A stretch of 49,382 nucleotides of DNA. It comes from Bdellovibrionota bacterium FG-2 (GTDB taxonomy: Bacteria > Bdellovibrionota > UBA1018). Positions 10,258 through 18,802 of the stretch are shown here, one piece after another. Both the position numbers and the translations under genes were made by a program. The notes under the pieces were generated by a model that was given only the letters and a program-made list of their open reading frames with translations, made no database searches and was not told the DNA's origin. Positions within the stretch are counted from its first letter, which is position 1; each line of letters opens with the position of its first letter. The stretch lies in NCBI GenBank assembly GCA_051382305.1, contig JBBCAV010000107.1, positions 1 through 49,382 on the forward strand, in the 5' to 3' direction.

Positions 10258-10348
10258 TCGATAGTCTCCCGAATTGAAGAATATATCGTATGCGAGATTA
10301 TGTAGGAAAGTAGGTTAAGCTCCCGCCGAAATCCCCGGCCTATATCGC

Positions 10349-12391
10349 CTAACACCACGGAGCAACCTTATCCCTTATCCCCTTGACCCACGGCACTTCG
10401 CCCAAGCTTTCGGCATCGGTTCCTGTGCAAATATGGAGCTCAGTGAAGCCTCGGTCGTGAAGGATCTTCGAAACGGTAAGTCCTGACGCTCCATCGGCAA
10501 GCCACAGATCCACGAAGACCGGGGTTGAACGATCAAGCACTGCTGCGATGCTTTCGAATTGTTCAAGCGAGTCAAAGCTCCTGAACTCCTTTTTGTTTGT
10601 AACGGCGCTAAATCTCCAAGCGTCCCGAATAACCTCATCGTCGTCGATCAAAATGGCGTCAAAATAGCCTCCCAGTGCGACATCGCGAGCCGGGGCCTCC
10701 GAAATAACCGGGACTACTCCCGAGAGCCCCTTAGGGATCATCCGGACGCCAAGCTCCTGAGCACGGGCCAAAATGGATGGTTCATCGAAGCGACTTGTGA
10801 CCAAAATGGCGCTATCTGCAATCCCAAGACGTTTGATGCAATCGAGCCCATTCTCGTCGTGTCCGAGAAATTCATAATCAACAAGATATAGTGCGCCATC
10901 TATTGAGTCGGTAACTTCTTGAGGCGAAGAATAATGAAGCAGGTTTATCCCCGTGGTTTCCAGCTCTGGAACCTTGAATCGCCCATTCCAAACGTGATGG
11001 ATACTCAAATCATCATCCAATATGACAATGCACTGATTGGGTTTTAGTTCGATCTTGGGGACAAACCAAGCCGGAGCGCTGGCGCGTGGGATGCGCAGGG
11101 TGATCGAAGTGCCATGCCCTTCTTTTCCGCTATCTGAAACTTGAGAAATAATCTCCAGTGACCCTCCCCAGGATTCAATCGTACGCTGCGCATGATAAAG
11201 TCCGAGCCCTGAGCCGCCCTCTTTGTCGTAAGTTTCGCCGCGTTGGCCTAAACGCGCAAGAACTTGGGGGGGGATCCCTTTTCCGTTATCTCGTACTTCA
11301 ATCATGACCTGCGATGAAGAGGCGGTAAGAAAAATTTCGACTTTACCCGCATCGATTATTGACTCAACGCTGTTGTTAATGAGGTTTGAAAGAACGCGCC
11401 TAAATTCAGTCGGCTGAATATCTGCAAATGCTCCATAGCTACCAGAGCAAAAAGAAGATTGGCTGTCGATTTCGACATTGAGGCGGGGACGGTATTGATT
11501 TCTCTTTTCTGCCACTAATTCGTCAACCAGAGTTGAAAGCAACTGCACTGATTTTGACTCGCCCTCTATTTCAACCATTTGAATGGTTCTCAAGGCTACG
11601 GGGCGTTTGAGATCATGGGCGATATCGCGAATCCTCGTAACGGCACGACGAAGGGAAAGTCGCTTCTCCTCTGCGATCTCAGGCACCGTGTTGAGAATCA
11701 TATCAATAGCAGTGATTGGCGAGCGAATGTCATGGGCCACTTGTTGCCCTCGGTGAATCACCGCTTGCGAGATCGCTTCACTCGTTTTCGTTCGTTGCGC
11801 TTCAGCAAACGCTTGACGATGCTCTTCGAACTCTTGAATATGAAGGGGGGAGTTAGAGAGCATACCTTCTGTTAGCGGCTGCAAGATCTCATTGCGGAGG
11901 CTTCCCTCGATTCTGCGAATCAATACGAATAGTCCCGTTATGGGCGCCGCTGAAAAAAGGATCAAGCCTAAGAGTGAACCCTTTCCGTGGAACCAAGGAA
12001 CTCCTAACCGCATCTCATAATCTGCAAAACCTGAGATTGGTGCGCGGATGATTTCGTCTGAAAATATAAGGCCTTTTCTGGGCGATGCGGAGGGGCATTC
12101 CATATTTGAAAGTCGAGATGATACGGTGATCCTTTTCTTAAAACACAGCGCAGCGCACGAGCTACCGATCTGCCATTCGCTGGCATTTAGGGTCGATTCA
12201 ATGAGGGTGCGATTGTTTTGTTTTAAAGCAATACCGGCGACTTCAGTCATGTGGCGCAGAGCCTTGGCGCGATATTCGCCAGCCTCTTGCCTTAGCCGAA
12301 AAAGCTGCACAGACGCCAATGCAATGACTATCGCAGCGATAGCAAAAAGCGGCAGCCTCGTTTTTCGGTAAAACCAGTGTTTAAGCCTCAT
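10349..12391 (-). CDS. membrane hybrid histidine kinase with two C-terminal receiver domains
   Basis: Two TM segments, QVAHDIRSPI, NLINNSVES, DNGKG, GSGLGL. Receivers VILDDD...LVDYEF...VTSR...IPK and LIDDD...FVDLWL...CTG...RDK. Confidence 0.88.
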   Translation of the reverse strand: MRLKHWFYRKTRLPLFAIAAIVIALASVQLFRLRQEAGEYRAKALRHMTEVAGIALKQNNRTLIESTLNASEWQIGSSCAALCFKKRITVSSRLSNMECPSASPRKGLIFSDEIIRAPISGFADYEMRLGVPWFHGKGSLLGLILFSAAPITGLFVLIRRIEGSLRNEILQPLTEGMLSNSPLHIQEFEEHRQAFAEAQRTKTSEAISQAVIHRGQQVAHDIRSPITAIDMILNTVPEIAEEKRLSLRRAVTRIRDIAHDLKRPVALRTIQMVEIEGESKSVQLLSTLVDELVAEKRNQYRPRLNVEIDSQSSFCSGSYGAFADIQPTEFRRVLSNLINNSVESIIDAGKVEIFLTASSSQVMIEVRDNGKGIPPQVLARLGQRGETYDKEGGSGLGLYHAQRTIESWGGSLEIISQVSDSGKEGHGTSITLRIPRASAPAWFVPKIELKPNQCIVILDDDLSIHHVWNGRFKVPELETTGINLLHYSSPQEVTDSIDGALYLVDYEFLGHDENGLDCIKRLGIADSAILVTSRFDEPSILARAQELGVRMIPKGLSGVVPVISEAPARDVALGGYFDAILIDDDEVIRDAWRFSAVTNKKEFRSFDSLEQFESIAAVLDRSTPVFVDLWLADGASGLTVSKILHDRGFTELHICTGTDAESLGEVPWVKGIRDKVAPWC

Positions 12392-12409
12392 GAGGCAGAA
12401 GTCTCCCGC

Positions 12410-13945
12410 TCATTTTAATTCAAAAATATCGACGTGACCGTAGTTGCGGGTCACCAACTGAGCCGAAACTTTTACCCGATCCTGTTTAATGATTGCAACC
12501 GCCCTGCTAAAACCCATATGAACAAAGGGTACCTGTTCTAGTGCGGCCCTGGAAACCTTTTTATAGTGAGCACTGAGTTCGTCGGGTTGCAAAATATTGC
12601 GTCCCTCTTCTAAAAGGTCTCCTACCTCTTCGCGAAAGGTAATGGGGGAGAGGATTGATCCGCGTTTGCCCAAGGCATGATAAATTCCGTCAGGATCCCC
12701 ATTCATCACGCTAAACGTGGTGCCGATGAGATCATAATCAGATTTTTGGTAAACGGTGTGGGCATACTCAGTTGCGGGAATGCTGCGCGATTTGTCCGAA
12801 ACTGCGATTCCGTATTTTTTGAACTCCTCGCGTATCCAAGCGCCTACGGCATCATTGATCAAAACAATGGGTTGTTTCTGGGATGCGGCGGCCAGCTCCG
12901 GAATAAATTTCTCACCCTCTTTTATGATTTGCAGCGCCTCTTCGTCACTGATTCGCCCTCCTTGGATAGGAAGAAAAATTTGAGGGTCAGGCGTAAAATA
13001 CTCTTTGGCTCCGATTAGGTTGGGCTCGCTGGCCATGCGCTGGTACAAAATCGCCTGTAGCGCACGTCGTAGCCTTGGGTTTGCAAATAGATGTCCTGAA
13101 TTGCCGTTAACGTTGAGAATAATGTGGATTGCCTCAGGCCCAGGAAGAACTTGGAGGTCTGGGTTTTTAGAAATATCCGAAAGCACTCGGGATCCCATGG
13201 TGTATGCCACTGCGTCTAAGCGATCTTCTGCGAGACTTTGCTTCAATTCACTAGAGGGGACAAAGGACAATTCGACAATAGAGAGTTTGCTCGTTTCAGC
13301 GTGTTGAGGGTTGGGAAGAAAACGCAATTTGTGAGGAGAGATTTCCTCAATGACATATTTTCCAGTGCCGATCAAGTGATCCCCTGAGTGTCGGAAGGCA
13401 GCTAATCTCGCGCCATAAAAATACTCGAGTGCCATTCGAAAGGGCTTCTTAAATCGAACGAGCAGGGTTTCTTCATCTACAACCAGAATTCCGGAAATTG
13501 TTCCCGCCTTCTCAAAATCTTCGAAGCCTTCGATTTGGTAAAGGACATCCAATAGGCTGCTGTTGGCGGATTTGGGTTCTAGCCGGTAGGACTCCTCCCA
13601 TGAGCGCTTGAAGTCTTCAGCTTTTAACGTGCTTCCATCCGAAAACCGCTTCGCAGTGTCGATTTTGAAGGTGAAGAGTTTATAATCTACAGAGGTGTCC
13701 CAAGACTTGGCTCCTCCGGGCTGTAAAATACCCTGGTCATCAACGCCGACAAGCGTATCAAATTGATTAGAGAGAACCAAGCCCGCCCAAAGTGTGTGTT
13801 GGAGTCCGGGGTGTAGAGATTTCCACTCGCCACCGATTCCGATGCGGATTGGCCCAGTGGGGGGAGTGGGCTTATTTAAAATGATTGCCATAGTAATGCC
13901 TCCAACCGCTAAAAGAAGAAGCGGCATCCAGCGGTTTAGTTTCAT
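12410..13945 (-). CDS. family-5 (OppA/DppA-like) substrate-binding protein, N-terminally anchored
   Basis: FDTLV...PGGAKSW...FTFKI...RFSDGSTLKAEDFKRSW, IGTGKY and EQVPFV are typical of SBP family 5. Start taken at MKLNRW (13945). Confidence 0.85.
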   Translation of the reverse strand: MKLNRWMPLLLLAVGGITMAIILNKPTPPTGPIRIGIGGEWKSLHPGLQHTLWAGLVLSNQFDTLVGVDDQGILQPGGAKSWDTSVDYKLFTFKIDTAKRFSDGSTLKAEDFKRSWEESYRLEPKSANSSLLDVLYQIEGFEDFEKAGTISGILVVDEETLLVRFKKPFRMALEYFYGARLAAFRHSGDHLIGTGKYVIEEISPHKLRFLPNPQHAETSKLSIVELSFVPSSELKQSLAEDRLDAVAYTMGSRVLSDISKNPDLQVLPGPEAIHIILNVNGNSGHLFANPRLRRALQAILYQRMASEPNLIGAKEYFTPDPQIFLPIQGGRISDEEALQIIKEGEKFIPELAAASQKQPIVLINDAVGAWIREEFKKYGIAVSDKSRSIPATEYAHTVYQKSDYDLIGTTFSVMNGDPDGIYHALGKRGSILSPITFREEVGDLLEEGRNILQPDELSAHYKKVSRAALEQVPFVHMGFSRAVAIIKQDRVKVSAQLVTRNYGHVDIFELK

Positions 13946-13964
13946 AAATTGCCTGCGTTTTGAG

Positions 13965-14321
13965 CTAGCCCCATCCGCCGCCACCGCCGCTTGCAATGTG
14001 TGAGCTGAGGTTTTTATCATTCATCTGAAGAAGCCCGTTTTTCATTAGGGTTTGTATTGCCTGATTGAACTTTGCGTTTAGCTCGTCTTCATTCTTGATC
14101 GCGCTGGCATCGCGGAAGCGAGCAATGGCGTTGTCAATCGTGGTTTCGGTCTCAAAATCATTAAAAAGCTGTCCTTTGATTTTGAGGGCGTCGCCTAAGA
14201 GGATTCCATTTTGGACTTCACCTTCCATGGATGAGAGTTCTGAGGTCGCAGCAAGCGAAACCGAAGCAATCGGCATCACGGCTAATGCCGTCAAAATCAA
14301 TTTACGAAATCGCAGTTTCAT
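13965..14321 (-). CDS. secreted PqqD/RRE-like protein with a Gly/Trp tail; candidate RiPP precursor
   Basis: Sec signal MKLRFRKLILTALAVMPIASVSLA. PqqD-like helices TTIDNAIARF...ELNAKFNQAIQTLMKNGLLQ. Tail SSHIASGGGGGWG. AGGAG RBS 7 nt before ATG 14321. Confidence 0.6.
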   Translation of the reverse strand: MKLRFRKLILTALAVMPIASVSLAATSELSSMEGEVQNGILLGDALKIKGQLFNDFETETTIDNAIARFRDASAIKNEDELNAKFNQAIQTLMKNGLLQMNDKNLSSHIASGGGGGWG

Positions 14322-15417
14322 ACGCATACTCCTTTTGGGGTTTTGGTTGGGATTTGGGGTGGGTTTTAATGTTAGAGACTAGCCAACAGCCTGGATCGGC
14401 GGCCAGATAATCTCCTGTTTCGGCATAAGCCGCATTGCGATCCCCGCCGCAGCGATCAAAATGGGGGCATTCCCCACAGACTTTGATTTTACCTCGGCGA
14501 AGAGCCACAAAAATAGGATGATTGAAGAAAAGTGTTTCAAGTTTACCGTCTGGGACACTTCCCAGTTTCAAGCGGGAACGACTAGACGCGAGAAGTTGGC
14601 CCTGATAATCGATGACAAGTCCTTCCCAAAATCTACCACTTCTTCCTAAACCCGGGTGCAGAAGTGTATAGAGGGGGTGATTCGTGTGGGTCCTGACTCC
14701 GGTTCGTGCCGACTCGATTAGGATGGACTGGTAGGCACTTTTTAAAGCAAGTGGAGTAAGAGGTGCGGGTGAATTTGGGCGAGGTTGGTCTTTTTGAATA
14801 AGCCGAGTGAAGCTCATGTGACTCACTCCGACTTTCTTAGCTAAGTCAAAAAATGCGGGAATTTTGGAGGCACTGTTTTGAGCGAGAATGGCTTGAAAAT
14901 AAGCACTAATCCCATGGCTCATTAGAAATTTCGCGCAGGCAGTGGCTTTATCGAAGCTCCCCACCCCTCGAATAAGGTCATGAGATCCAGCGTCCGGTGC
15001 ATCTAAGCTAATTTGAACTGAGACTTCGGAGAAGCGCTTGAGCAAATCGGTACTGAGGCGCTCAGGCAAGGTGCCGTTTGTGAGAATCACGATGCGGGAC
15101 TTCGAGTTCTTCTTATGAATCCAATCTAAGAGGGGGCGAAAATGAGGACTCAGTGCGGGCTCGCCGCCACAAAGGAGAATCATGGGGCGGAACCGCAGCC
15201 TCGTAATCATCACAAAATACTGATTAAGAATGTTGATCCATTCGGGCAGATCGATGGCACCATCGTTTACATGGTTGGGGTGATAACAGTGAGCGCATCG
15301 CAAGTTACAAAGGTTTGTAATGTCGAGCTGAATGGGTAGATACCGATCAACATCGATCCAGGCCAGAAGCTCGTTTTCAATGCCCCTGAAAAGGCGAGGC
15401 AAAAGGGAGAGTGTCAC
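14302..15417 (-). CDS. radical SAM/SPASM domain protein
   Basis: CNLRCAHC (CxxxCxxC), GGEP, ILTNG, QISLD...HDLIRG. C-terminal CGECPHFDRCGGDR...DPGCW. Confidence 0.92.
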   Translation of the reverse strand: MTLSLLPRLFRGIENELLAWIDVDRYLPIQLDITNLCNLRCAHCYHPNHVNDGAIDLPEWINILNQYFVMITRLRFRPMILLCGGEPALSPHFRPLLDWIHKKNSKSRIVILTNGTLPERLSTDLLKRFSEVSVQISLDAPDAGSHDLIRGVGSFDKATACAKFLMSHGISAYFQAILAQNSASKIPAFFDLAKKVGVSHMSFTRLIQKDQPRPNSPAPLTPLALKSAYQSILIESARTGVRTHTNHPLYTLLHPGLGRSGRFWEGLVIDYQGQLLASSRSRLKLGSVPDGKLETLFFNHPIFVALRRGKIKVCGECPHFDRCGGDRNAAYAETGDYLAADPGCWLVSNIKTHPKSQPKPQKEYAYETAIS

Positions 15418-15641
15418 ATTCTTGCTCCTGGCGCAGCGCCAGCCTTTACAGCCTCTTTCATGACTCGAAGGTGATCGAGACTTGCATGGATACGCTTTAG
15501 GGCCGTCTGGTATAAGGGGGCACCACTGTTCGGGTCATTTGCTTTGCCAAACGATGCATCGCAAATCGTTTGAAGCGCGCCTATGTTTCCCCGGAGGTCG
15601 TGATAGATCTTTTCAAGTTCTGCCAGTGAAATCGTTGTCAT
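15414..15641 (-). CDS. stand-alone HisKA/DHp-like small protein
   Basis: H-box-like IYHDLRGNIGAL followed by a second helix (YQTALKRIHASLDHL). No ATPase domain. Confidence 0.55.
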   Translation of the reverse strand: MTTISLAELEKIYHDLRGNIGALQTICDASFGKANDPNSGAPLYQTALKRIHASLDHLRVMKEAVKAGAAPGARM

Positions 15642-17277
15642 CGTGTGGCTCCTGTCTTTTAGGTTTTGCGTTTTTTCTATCTTGTTTTTCTTGTGCTTTT
15701 TGTTTTCGCCCTAAAACGCTTTTGCTCTCTTGGCGAATATGGGCGGTTTTTAAGCGCATACTGAGGCCGCCTTGAGAAATCTTTAGAACTTGAGCCAAGT
15801 CCTTGCCTTTGGGGTATTTTTTGCTTCCGTTTTCAATGATTTTGTCGCTCAAGATCTCAAGCAAAGGGCCAAGTCCTGTAAATCCTGGGCCTACGACGTC
15901 GAGTTCGGCCTTCAGGAGTTGTTTTAAGGTAATTACGTTATCGGTGTCACCTCTAGAAGGCGCGTTCTTCCTGCCCGTGAAGATTTGCGGAATCGATTGC
16001 CAGTTACTGAAATCAGGCTTGCGGTCTCGGTCGCGGGGAGAGAGAGCAAAAAGTCGGCCCAAGAGGTGGTTGATGCCGCGCACGTTGCCATCAGGCGGAT
16101 TATCTATTACCGCTTGAATGAAGTTTTGAGGGAGATCCTCAAAGGCGACGATCGCTCCAGCTTCTCTTGCCATCGCCGGAACGCGGGAGCGAATGAGCTC
16201 TGGAATATCAACTTCTCTTTCGGAAAGACTCGGCATTCTAACGACGAATGAGGAGATTCGCATGAAGAGATCTTCGCGAAATTCGCCTTCCTGTACCATC
16301 GTCTCAAGATCTCGATTGGTCGCGCAAATGAGTTTAAAATTGGATGTTATGATCGTGTTGCCGCCGACCCGTGTGAAGGTGCCTTCTTCGATGACCTTGA
16401 GGAGTTTGACTTGGAGGTCAAGTGAAGCTTCACCGATTTCATCTAAGAAAATCGTTCCGCCATTTCCGAGTTCAAAAATACCGGATCGGGCTTTCATCGC
16501 TCCTGTGTAGGCTCCTGCATCGTGCCCGAAAAGTTCGCTTTCAACAAGGTTGGGGGCCATGGCTCCCATGTTTTTTTCGATAAAGGGTCGCTCTGATTGA
16601 TTGAGGTAAGCGCGTCTAAGTTCGTTTACAATTTTAGCGTAGGTTGATTTTCCGGTCCCCGTCTCACCCAAAATCAAAAGTGGGTAATTGCTTTGTGCAA
16701 ACAGGGGGGCTTGTTGTCTGAGTTGTCTAATCGGAAGAGAAATTCCGGCTAATTCTGGTGTTTCAGGTTTTGAAGCCTTTGTAGAAGAAGCCTGACCCAA
16801 TTCAGCAAGCGAGCGCTCCTTTACCAATTTGCTGTGATGAATGGCGGCCTTGATTTGCTCGCGCAATAAATCGTCTGAGGTTCCTTTTACGTAATAGCCA
16901 AAGGCGCCAAGCTTAATTGCCCTTACCGTGTCTTGATGGTCAGTGCTCCCCGTTACAACCAGGATTTGAAGGCGGGGCTGAAGCTGAAGAAATTTACCGA
17001 TGAAATTGATTCCATTTGATTCTGGATCAGGGTTCTCAACAGAGTCACTCAAGTTCTTGTCGAGTATCATGATTTGAATGGGGGTTTCTGAGAGGATTCG
17101 CAGGGCCTCTTGTGCATTTGAGCAGTAGAGAGCGCGAAGATTTTTTGTATCTTCGTCTTCTTTTAAAATGAGCTTCATTTGCTCGTGCATGAACTCGTCG
17201 TCATCCAGCATGAGGATGGTGGCCTCATGTTTGAAGTCAGGGGGAAGGGACTTATAGTTTTGGGACTTGAGAATCAT
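15613..17277 (-). CDS. NtrC-family sigma-54-dependent response regulator (REC-AAA+-HTH)
   Basis: REC LDDD...ILDKNL...VTG...VK. Walker A GETGTGKS, ESELFGHDAGAYTGA, FLDEIGE, ATNRDL, FREDLF. HTH KDLAQVLKISQGGLSMRLK. Confidence 0.93.
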   Translation of the reverse strand: MILKSQNYKSLPPDFKHEATILMLDDDEFMHEQMKLILKEDEDTKNLRALYCSNAQEALRILSETPIQIMILDKNLSDSVENPDPESNGINFIGKFLQLQPRLQILVVTGSTDHQDTVRAIKLGAFGYYVKGTSDDLLREQIKAAIHHSKLVKERSLAELGQASSTKASKPETPELAGISLPIRQLRQQAPLFAQSNYPLLILGETGTGKSTYAKIVNELRRAYLNQSERPFIEKNMGAMAPNLVESELFGHDAGAYTGAMKARSGIFELGNGGTIFLDEIGEASLDLQVKLLKVIEEGTFTRVGGNTIITSNFKLICATNRDLETMVQEGEFREDLFMRISSFVVRMPSLSEREVDIPELIRSRVPAMAREAGAIVAFEDLPQNFIQAVIDNPPDGNVRGINHLLGRLFALSPRDRDRKPDFSNWQSIPQIFTGRKNAPSRGDTDNVITLKQLLKAELDVVGPGFTGLGPLLEILSDKIIENGSKKYPKGKDLAQVLKISQGGLSMRLKTAHIRQESKSVLGRKQKAQEKQDRKNAKPKRQEPHDDNDFTGRT

Positions 17278-17336
17278 TAGGGCACCTCACCTGGGGTGTG
17301 CTTATAGCTCAGTGCGGCAATGGATGCAAATCTTAA

Positions 17337-17434
17337 TTCAAATTTTTGAAAATCTGGTTTTTCAAGTTTCCGGGGCTTGAGGGCATAAAATATTCAATTT
17401 TTTGAACTTTTCGTTCAAAATTCTAAATTTTGAA
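17337..17434. promoter_or_regulatory. repeated TTCA-N6-TGAA palindromes, candidate enhancer (UAS) sites
   Basis: TTCAAATTTTTGAA (17337-17350), TTCAATTTTTTGAA (17393-17406) and TTCTAAATTTTGAA (17421-17434), about 100-200 bp upstream of the -24/-12 site. Confidence 0.55.
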
Positions 17435-17536
17435 TTTTTTCGGATTGTCCTTGATGTCGTTTTTTGTGGGTCGGAAACATTTTTTTAATGAGTACTAACG
17501 AGGTGTTGTGCCGAGTTTTTCGCCTTTTTTGCGCGG

Positions 17537-17551
17537 TGGCACAGATCATGC
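17537..17551 (+). promoter_or_regulatory. sigma-54 (-24/-12) promoter of the T4SS operon
   Basis: TGGCACAGATCATGC = TGGCAC with exact GG-N10-GC spacing, ending 53 nt before the first ATG (17605). Confidence 0.75.
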
Positions 17552-17604
17552 CTTATGGGTTCCCGTTCGGCACAACTTTTCCCGAACAGAAAGAGCAGTA
17601 AAAT

Positions 17605-17892
17605 ATGGATCATGATTCAAATAGACGAATTAAGCTAACGAAACTTCCCTCGGAAGTCTTCAAAGAATGTCCACGGTGCGAGAGCCCTAAGCTCCTTAGG
17701 TTTGAAGGAGAGGTCTTCTGTCTTTGTTGCGATTGGGACAGCATCAAGCTTCACATGGATTGCCAGATGTCTGGCTATCACCTGCTGAATCCAAGGTGGC
17801 CACTTCCGGGGCTTAGGACAAAGGCACTAGCGCAAGCTGAAGCCGATGGGCCATCCGACGACGTAATCGAAGACGCAATCGAAATTGTCTAA
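17605..17892 (+). CDS. small Zn-ribbon protein
   Basis: CPRC...CLCC spacing. First gene after the sigma-54 promoter. Confidence 0.6.
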   Translation: MDHDSNRRIKLTKLPSEVFKECPRCESPKLLRFEGEVFCLCCDWDSIKLHMDCQMSGYHLLNPRWPLPGLRTKALAQAEADGPSDDVIEDAIEIV

Positions 17893-17922
17893 TCAACACT
17901 AATTATAAAGGGGGATTAAAAA

Positions 17923-18141
17923 ATGAACTCAATAACTGTTTCCGAAATAAAACAAACGCTCGATGTGGTCCGGCTTTGTCAAGTCGTGGCCCAAAGTTTC
18001 AAGGGGCTGTTCCGAAAGACGTGGCAGCGCTTTGATACCATGAACCGTGATTCTGCCGAGATTCAGCGCAGGATTGAACTAAGCAAAACGAATTGGGACT
18101 CGGCTAACGGGTACTATTCTTATCTTCGTGATTTTCGATAA
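17923..18141 (+). CDS. hypothetical protein
   Basis: AAGGGGGA RBS; in the operon. Confidence 0.55.
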   Translation: MNSITVSEIKQTLDVVRLCQVVAQSFKGLFRKTWQRFDTMNRDSAEIQRRIELSKTNWDSANGYYSYLRDFR

Positions 18142-18155
18142 CAAAGGGGGAAAAC

Positions 18156-18350
18156 GTGAAAAATAGATATTCAGATAAATCAAAAATGGGACGGGACTGT
18201 CAGGGCTGGCAGGACTGTGAAGGAACGCTTGATCACCTGCAGGATCTTTTTCGAGAGTGGTGTGGGCTTTTATCGGTTGATGAACTTGTCGAAAACGAAC
18301 CTCTGACGGCTGTAATTGAGCGTCTAAGTCGAATGCTTGAAGCCGCTTGA
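18156..18350 (+). CDS. hypothetical protein
   Basis: AAAGGGGG RBS before the GTG start. Confidence 0.5.
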   Translation: MKNRYSDKSKMGRDCQGWQDCEGTLDHLQDLFREWCGLLSVDELVENEPLTAVIERLSRMLEAA

Positions 18351-18372
18351 ATGAGAAACTATAAAGGAGAAA

Positions 18373-18609
18373 TTGTATATGGTCGAAGTAAAAAATGAAC
18401 TACGAAAGTTTTCTGATGAAGATATTTTTTTAGAGGCAAGCCAGAGGTTGAGATCTCGGTTTCGCACAATCATGGGAATCGATTTTCATTACGGCTGTTT
18501 TGAATTTATTTTTCATGATGGCCGTTTTAAGGGCATCGGTGTCAAACATAAGTGGAAATTCTTTATTAATCCGACATCCCTCACCGGCGTCAAACCCCAA
18601 TTGCACTAA
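18373..18609 (+). CDS. small protein, weakly YezD/DUF2292-like
   Basis: AAGGAG RBS. YGCFEFIFHDGR resembles the GxxxxxxHDG motif. Confidence 0.5.
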   Translation: MYMVEVKNELRKFSDEDIFLEASQRLRSRFRTIMGIDFHYGCFEFIFHDGRFKGIGVKHKWKFFINPTSLTGVKPQLH

Positions 18610-18622
18610 GAAAGGACTTTTT

Positions 18623-18802
18623 ATGATGATTCCAATTGAAACTGAATTTGATCGAATGTTCAAACTTGTAACGAAGGCTGAGCGAAGCCAAAATGAGCGC
18701 TTAATCCGAAAGATGAAGCAGATCCGAAATACGCTTTATGCGCTCAAGTTTTCGATGGAGAGACAAAAGGCTTTGAGATCTCGCGCTCGAGCAGGTTCAT
18801 GA
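18623..18802 (+). CDS. small basic helical protein
   Basis: AAAGGA RBS before ATG 18623. ATGA overlap with traU. Confidence 0.5.
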   Translation: MMIPIETEFDRMFKLVTKAERSQNERLIRKMKQIRNTLYALKFSMERQKALRSRARAGS

